Shown here one piece after another: positions 60,301 through 64,000 of a stretch of DNA of 64,000 nt; positions within the stretch are counted from its first letter, which is position 1, and every line of letters begins with the position of its first letter. The notes beneath the pieces are model-generated. The model saw only the letters and a program-made list of their open reading frames with translations. It was not told the DNA's origin and ran no database searches. Source of the DNA: a virus (Duplodnaviria > Heunggongvirae > Uroviricota > Caudoviricetes); the IMG/VR virus record IMGVR_UViG_3300023210_000016, one strand, 5' to 3'. The position numbers were made by a program, and so were the translations under genes.

Positions 60301-60669
60301 TCAAACGGTGGTTTGGGTAGCTGAAACGAAATAACCTTTCCAGTCATCCGGAACACCAGATGCCTGTAATTCTTCGGCGCGTGTTTTCATCACCTGATAG
60401 TATTCGCGCATGTCTTCCCCGAACCTGATCTCCAACTGTTCTGCCATCTGTGCAACAAACTCGAACTGTTTGTCCCGATAGTTCTCTAATAGTTTGTCAT
60501 GCATTTGCTTGTAGTGATCTAGATTGATCAGAGTTGGTGCTGGGATTTCTGACAACACACAGTATGCCGTGATGGTATCTTCGGTCTCTAACAAAAAGGT
60601 ATCGAGTTCAAGCACCGTGTATTTGTCTTCGATACTTGCTAATTCGTGGTTGCCCCAAATGATATTCAT
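60301..60669 (-). CDS. Hypothetical acidic protein, 122 aa
   Basis: ORF. Confidence 0.4.
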   Translation of the reverse strand: MNIIWGNHELASIEDKYTVLELDTFLLETEDTITAYCVLSEIPAPTLINLDHYKQMHDKLLENYRDKQFEFVAQMAEQLEIRFGEDMREYYQVMKTRAEELQASGVPDDWKGYFVSATQTTV

Positions 60670-60671
60670 GA

Positions 60672-60986
60672 TTACATTCCCGTAGGATAATAAGGTTGAA
60701 CGCCAGAGTCTTGATCTTCAATACTTTCCACAAGTTGAACTTCTGGAATGAAATGAGTCAACATGTTTTGGACGCCGTATTTGATTGTGGCGTTAGAACT
60801 AGCACACCCGGCACACGCGCCTGACATGAACATGGTAGCCACGCCATCTTTATATGATTCAAGGGTGACTGAGCCGCCGTGTTGGGCCACCATAGGTGCA
60901 ACGTGAATTTCTAATAGGTCATTAATCTCTTGTGTGATCTCTTCGTCGGTCTTATCGGTCATCTGTTTTTTCCGTTCGTTCTTCAA
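60672..60986 (-). CDS. Nfu/NifU-C-terminal-domain Fe-S cluster carrier, 104 aa
   Basis: 'MVAQHGGSVTLESYKDGVATMFMSGACAGCASS' matches the Nfu CxxC domain. Confidence 0.75.
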   Translation of the reverse strand: MKNERKKQMTDKTDEEITQEINDLLEIHVAPMVAQHGGSVTLESYKDGVATMFMSGACAGCASSNATIKYGVQNMLTHFIPEVQLVESIEDQDSGVQPYYPTGM

Positions 60987-61293
60987 GAATTGTTTCTGTT
61001 TTCACCACCCGTTTATCGATGGCGTGTACTTCTTCTGTCATTGTATCTACCCGTTGATACAGTCTCAAATTCGACGTTTTGCCACGTTCTGCCTGTTCAT
61101 CGATCAATGACACAAGCTGGTCATGCTTACTCGACACATGCCTAAGAATACCCACTACAACGGCTACTAGGGAGCCAATCCCTGTAAACATCAAACCGGC
61201 AAACGCCATTAACAACTCAAAAATACCAATACTATCCATGCAGTATTTAGATGTTTTGTAGTGGCAGCACCTGTACGTAATCAAGACCAACAT
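60952..61293 (-). CDS. Membrane-anchored coiled-coil protein, 113 aa
   Basis: TM helix then coiled coil. Confidence 0.4.
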   Translation of the reverse strand: MLVLITYRCCHYKTSKYCMDSIGIFELLMAFAGLMFTGIGSLVAVVVGILRHVSSKHDQLVSLIDEQAERGKTSNLRLYQRVDTMTEEVHAIDKRVVKTETILEERTEKTDDR

Positions 61294-62068
61294 TCAATGA
61301 TTTTTCATGTTCGGGCATTTCCCAAAGATAATGTTCCCCACCATCTTTACCACCGGCAAAAATAAAACCCGAATCGACCTCACTGAAGCCTTTATACAGA
61401 CACACCAGCTTATCTTTTGGACAATTCTTAGTGGGGTGCATCCTCATGTTAACGGGCCTTGAGAAAGAACCGAGTGTACCACCCTTAATCAAATCCTCGT
61501 TAGATGGATGATACACCAATACATTACCTGCGCCACGCCGGGTCTTTTGTGCAATTTTGTTACCCATACGAACGATCATTGGACCCAATCTTTTACCGCC
61601 GTGCAAATAACGCCCTTCGGTTAGTTTTATGTCTTCAATCACGGTAGGATCATAGATATCACGCGATGGCGCGTTCTTGCAAACATTATGCAGAAAATGA
61701 TATTCGGCATGGCCTAGCGATTTGACTGGAGTACAGTTTTTACCGTCCGGACCAACGATATCATTCAGAATAGAACTGTTCAATTGGCCGGGAGAAGTAG
61801 TAGCCCCTACGTTGTGTAGGGTGTCGAAATTCTCGTTGCGGATATATTGTGTTCGCAATGAAAATATCATATGATTATTAAAGGAAGTGCCATTTGGCCG
61901 GTTTGAGAAAAACGCCCCGTCATTGCGATCCGGTGTTTTCCATGATTGATTAGCAAAGAATGATTCTTCAACCTCATACCAATCTGGTTTAATCAACAGT
62001 GATACGCTGGGAATGGCTAATACAGTGGATGCTACAAGACCTTTTAAAAATCCCCTACGAGTAATCAT
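61247..62068 (-). CDS. Tat-signal secreted protein, 273 aa
   Basis: Twin-arginine motif 'TRRGFLKGLVASTVLA'. Confidence 0.5.
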   Translation of the reverse strand: MITRRGFLKGLVASTVLAIPSVSLLIKPDWYEVEESFFANQSWKTPDRNDGAFFSNRPNGTSFNNHMIFSLRTQYIRNENFDTLHNVGATTSPGQLNSSILNDIVGPDGKNCTPVKSLGHAEYHFLHNVCKNAPSRDIYDPTVIEDIKLTEGRYLHGGKRLGPMIVRMGNKIAQKTRRGAGNVLVYHPSNEDLIKGGTLGSFSRPVNMRMHPTKNCPKDKLVCLYKGFSEVDSGFIFAGGKDGGEHYLWEMPEHEKSLNVGLDYVQVLPLQNI

Positions 62069-62256
62069 TAACCTATCCGATCATTATTCTTGGACTCGCG
62101 GATTATCTTCAATGCCCACAAGATTCCTTGTAGCAGCAAATATGCAAAACCTGCGATGATAATCGGGATGATCATTACTCGCCAGATTGGTCCAAACGCT
62201 ACGGTAACTGCTGCGAGACACGCGAACAGAACCACCCATGCTATATATTTCTTCAT
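62068..62256 (-). CDS. Small 2-TM membrane protein, 62 aa (holin-like)
   Basis: Two hydrophobic helices, basic C-terminus. Confidence 0.4.
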   Translation of the reverse strand: MKKYIAWVVLFACLAAVTVAFGPIWRVMIIPIIIAGFAYLLLQGILWALKIIRESKNNDRIG

Positions 62257-62477
62257 TCTTGTTCTCCTTTTGTGTCGGGTTCTTGTATTTTGAAATCAAC
62301 CCTATTGAATGCCCACTTAATAGTTTCGGAAACAGCACCAATAGCCAGACATACGCCGAGAATTATCATTATTGGTTTCCACCAATAATACACCAAAGTT
62401 GCCACTGCAGCAATACAACATGCAATGGTTGCAATAGCGATCAACGTGGCTAGACCTTGTTTGAATTGTTCCATCAA
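62253..62477 (-). CDS. Small 2-TM membrane protein, 74 aa (holin/antiholin-like)
   Basis: Two hydrophobic helices, charged C-terminus. Confidence 0.4.
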   Translation of the reverse strand: MMEQFKQGLATLIAIATIACCIAAVATLVYYWWKPIMIILGVCLAIGAVSETIKWAFNRVDFKIQEPDTKGEQE

Positions 62478-62729
62478 TTTAGCTTCCCTATGATTTTGTC
62501 ACATTTCTGAACCATTTCTTGCAGGGAAGATACTTGGGCTTCGCCGATATTGGCGTCTTCCAGCAAGCGTTCGCCTTCACGCTTATACAGCATTGCCCGT
62601 GATTTTTTATCAAGGCTTGCGATACAAACTTCAATTACCGTAGGATCAGATTGCATGGTCATGATTGCAGCATCCGCGTCATTTGTTGCGAACTCGCACA
62701 TCTCCCGAAGCTCTGTTAAAAACTGAAAA

Positions 62730-63155
62730 CTATACATCTTCTTCCCTTTGCTTTACGCCTAAACGCGCATTCACCATTTGTTCAAACTCTTTGTCTAAAT
62801 CACTGTATTGGATTGTTTCACCACTTGCATGATCTTTGACAATGTTACGAGGCTCATGATAGGTTCGAATGGTTTCATCAGATTCGTAACGTTTACGCGA
62901 CTCTTTTTGATTATACAGGTTTACTACCCGATGTGCAAGTTTTGTGAACGCCTCTTTTTGATTACGGGATCGTTCACGGAAATTCTGACCGGTTTCCATC
63001 ATGCCAGATTCGATATGGGTGATCCTGCAACAGTTCTGATGTTTGTTGCGATGCTGCCCACCTGCGCCGGTACCACTGAACCAATCGATCTTGAAATCTT
63101 TCTTGGTGAACGATAGATGCGGTATTCGCTCTAAGTGCATGTTAGTTTTGACCAT
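62730..63155 (-). CDS. ArfB/class-I release-factor-like GGQ-domain peptidyl-tRNA hydrolase, 141 aa
   Basis: 'SGTGAGGQHRNKHQNCCRITHIESGMMETGQNFRERSRNQKEA' matches the RF GGQ domain (SG.GGQ.VNK....R..H.P.G..V.CQ..RSQ..N). Confidence 0.75.
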   Translation of the reverse strand: MVKTNMHLERIPHLSFTKKDFKIDWFSGTGAGGQHRNKHQNCCRITHIESGMMETGQNFRERSRNQKEAFTKLAHRVVNLYNQKESRKRYESDETIRTYHEPRNIVKDHASGETIQYSDLDKEFEQMVNARLGVKQREEDV

Positions 63156-63193
63156 AGGTCGTGCGCCTCTTGTTTGGCTTCGTCAAGTTGTTC

Positions 63194-63580
63194 TTATGAC
63201 CATGTTTGTTTGAACGTGATGAATTCGAGATCATTTGTGAAATAGAAAGTTCGGAGCCTAAAGTATGTTCCTTCGCGGCAGTTCCCATATTCTTCGATGG
63301 GAATTTGTGCGTCTTCTAAATACATCTCACGCATCTCGTACCATTCCGGATTCGCCAGCCCGAATGTTAGATCAGGTGATCCAACTAAAACAACGTCCGC
63401 ATACATGCCAAGGATTTCAAAATCTCCGGTATCGGGGTCTTCTTCGCCATACTCGATGTCCGTTATACATCCGTCATACTCATATACCATGTGCTCTTGC
63501 GATGGGGGTGGATACTCCCAATGTGGATTAGGTTCGTCTCCATAATTTGAAAGAAACACCTTTGTTTCGGTATCGGTCAT
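63194..63580 (-). CDS. Hypothetical acidic protein, 128 aa
   Basis: ORF. Confidence 0.4.
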   Translation of the reverse strand: MTDTETKVFLSNYGDEPNPHWEYPPPSQEHMVYEYDGCITDIEYGEEDPDTGDFEILGMYADVVLVGSPDLTFGLANPEWYEMREMYLEDAQIPIEEYGNCREGTYFRLRTFYFTNDLEFITFKQTWS

Positions 63581-63894
63581 TCTTCTTCGACTTTGACCTC
63601 AAGTGGAAATTCTGCCTGTCTGGCGGCGACCATGATCTCAGTACGCTTCTGTTCTGCGATCTCATACACAAAGGACGCAACAACGGCTGAACCATTTTCA
63701 TGGATTTCTACCGCTTTATCCTCGGCGCGATCATATGTGTAATTCAATACACCAACCAATGATTCAATGACGAACTCAAACGATGTTTGTTCATCGTTCA
63801 TGTAGATCACGCTGAACATACTTGGTAGCGCCACCTTGACTTTGGTGATTGTTTTGGTTTTTTCAATGGTATCTGTTGTCATTTTATCACTCAT
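63577..63894 (-). CDS. clpS: ClpS-like ATP-dependent Clp protease adaptor, 105 aa
   Basis: 'PSMFSVIYMNDEQTSFEFVIESLVGVLNY...AEDKAVEIHENGSAVVASFVYEIAEQK' matches the ClpS fold signature (P.MY.V.L.NDDYTPM.FV...L...F). Confidence 0.75.
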   Translation of the reverse strand: MSDKMTTDTIEKTKTITKVKVALPSMFSVIYMNDEQTSFEFVIESLVGVLNYTYDRAEDKAVEIHENGSAVVASFVYEIAEQKRTEIMVAARQAEFPLEVKVEEE

Positions 63895-64000
63895 TGTTAG
63901 TTCAAGGGTTCTTTCGGCATCAATTCTTGGAATGGAAAATCATACACTTGGAAATCTTTCCAAGGTGAGGTTGATATTTCCGCTGGTTTCTTATCGCCTT

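Overview
Dense, mostly minus-strand segment of a large tailed dsDNA bacteriophage. Structural evidence: a ~15 kb tail-fibre/baseplate module (10.7-26.1 kb) of Gly/Thr/Ser-rich proteins of 1272, 770, 752, 543 and 469 aa; three HNH and one GIY-YIG homing endonuclease; four tRNA genes; strong sigma70-type early promoters; and a T4-like TATAAATA late-promoter motif. An auxiliary-gene repertoire rare in phages surrounds the structural genes. Translation-related genes: IF-1 (infA), an ArfB/RF-like GGQ peptidyl-tRNA hydrolase, an L7/L12 C-terminal-domain-like protein and an RlmN/Cfr-like radical-SAM methyltransferase. Fe-S biogenesis genes: IscU, IscA/HesB and an Nfu-type carrier, plus a second radical-SAM enzyme. 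Proteostasis genes: ClpS and an HtrA/DegP-like protease. Other genes: a (p)ppGpp-hydrolase-like HD protein, two orphan DNA methyltransferases, a NodU-like carbamoyltransferase, a TPR-sulfotransferase, two SCPU (spore-coat-U/Csu pilin-like) secreted proteins, a Tat-signal protein, and a block of lipoproteins and secreted proteins. Noncoding highlights: (i) a tRNA gene with canonical acceptor, D and T arms and an encoded CCA, interrupted by an ~82-nt insertion in the anticodon loop; (ii) two further atypical tRNAs; (iii) at least eight sigma70-like promoters (TTGACA-N16/17-TATAAT-like), three of them sharing a conserved 5'UTR; (iv) a (TG)16 microsatellite inside a small Cys/His-Thr-repeat gene; (v) a G6 homopolymer frameshift splitting an SCPU pilin gene. 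A candidate phage-encoded tRNA-maturation operon (a nucleotidyltransferase with a CCA-enzyme-like head, plus an RNase-Z-like MBL hydrolase) lies next to the intron-containing tRNA. All calls are from motif and sequence reading only; no database searches were possible.
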